Of a stretch of DNA of 13,222 nt, positions 12,551-13,222 are shown one piece after another (positions within the stretch are counted from its first letter, which is position 1; the number at the start of each line of letters is the position of its first letter). The DNA lies in the IMG/VR virus record IMGVR_UViG_3300033066_001253, positions 1 through 13,222 of that record; one strand, written 5' to 3'. The stretch is from a virus. Taxonomy: Duplodnaviria; Heunggongvirae; Uroviricota; Caudoviricetes. The translations under genes and the position numbers were made by a program. The notes beneath the pieces are model-generated. The model was given only the letters and a program-made list of their open reading frames with translations, did not search any database and was not told where the DNA came from.

Positions 12551-12933
12551 TGGATGGAAAAACACATAATGAAGTTTTGGATAGTGTAAGATATTCCCCT
12601 ACATATTATCAAAATATACTAGCCCAAGAATATCCAACAATATATGAAGGATATAAACAAATAATCGAAGAACAATTTGAGCTTTTTTCACGCAAGCATC
12701 TCGACTATGGAATGAGCAATATATCTGCTGGTACTCAACTATCAAACCAAGATGAAAAAGAATTTGCATTAACTGGTTTATGGTATAGAATATCAGATAA
12801 AGTAAACAGATGGAAAAACATTATGATTTCCAGACGTAAAACAAACAATGAAACAATGATTGATACTTATCAAGATTTAGTTAATTACGGAATTATTGCT
12901 CAATTAGTGGAAAAAGACAAATGGAAGAAATAA
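12550..12933 (+). CDS. DUF1599 / nucleotide modification-associated domain 1 (Nmad1)-like protein
   Basis: KHLDYG-x-x-NI, R-x-x-DK-x-x-R and E-x-x-x-DTYQDLVNYGII motifs. Confidence 0.75.
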   Translation: MDGKTHNEVLDSVRYSPTYYQNILAQEYPTIYEGYKQIIEEQFELFSRKHLDYGMSNISAGTQLSNQDEKEFALTGLWYRISDKVNRWKNIMISRRKTNNETMIDTYQDLVNYGIIAQLVEKDKWKK

Positions 12934-13222
12934 CCCAAAACAATAAACTTATAGCTGAGTTTATGGAAGTTCCTGTTTTAAAAGAACTTAATAAAATTTA
13001 TTATGATATAAATAAAACTGGAAAAATTATTTATTCTTTAAATGATGTTCTTTTAGGATATCACAAATCTTGGGATTGGCTCATGCCGGTAGTAGAAAAA
13101 ATAGAATCATTAGATTTAAAGGAATGGTTTTATAAATGGGATGATGGTGGTAGAATTAGATATAACTTCATGTGTGTTAATGTTTGGATAGAATTCAATA
13201 GATGTTATATTGATATTGATTT
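12921..13222 (+). CDS. Conserved phage hypothetical protein, truncated by the window edge
   Basis: Manual translation MEEITQNNKLIAEFM...YHKSWDWLMPVVEKIE...; open to the end of the window; not in the ORF track. Confidence 0.75.
   Translation, partial: MEEITQNNKLIAEFMEVPVLKELNKIYYDINKTGKIIYSLNDVLLGYHKSWDWLMPVVEKIESLDLKEWFYKWDDGGRIRYNFMCVNVWIEFNRCYIDID

Overview
AT-rich, gene-dense fragment of what looks like a large tailed-phage genome. All credible genes are on the + strand, and a Bacteroidota-type host is inferred from A-rich starts without Shine-Dalgarno motifs. Right part (5070-13222): phage core genes, namely a T4 gp45-like sliding clamp, gp44/RFC-like and gp62-like clamp-loader subunits, groES-groEL, a SLOG-family protein, a DUF1599/Nmad1-like protein and small hypotheticals, with three copies of a TTG-N-TATATT promoter motif. 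Left part (1-5026): an apparently complete but non-canonical integron-like system. It has an intact tyrosine recombinase (4211-5026) lacking the IntI-specific insertion, a 7-5-7 attI-like simple site (4164-4182) 28 bp before its start codon, and ten complete cassettes plus one partial, delimited by sequence-divergent but structurally conserved attC-like hairpins (TAACG...TGTTA on +). Unusual features: every cargo gene is antisense to the canonical integron direction; three genes start inside their own attC loop; one gene lies wholly inside an attC loop; and cassette bodies carry extended terminal inverted repeats, so an excised single-stranded cassette would fold as a dumbbell. No database search was run, so family calls come from motif recognition and novelty is unverified.
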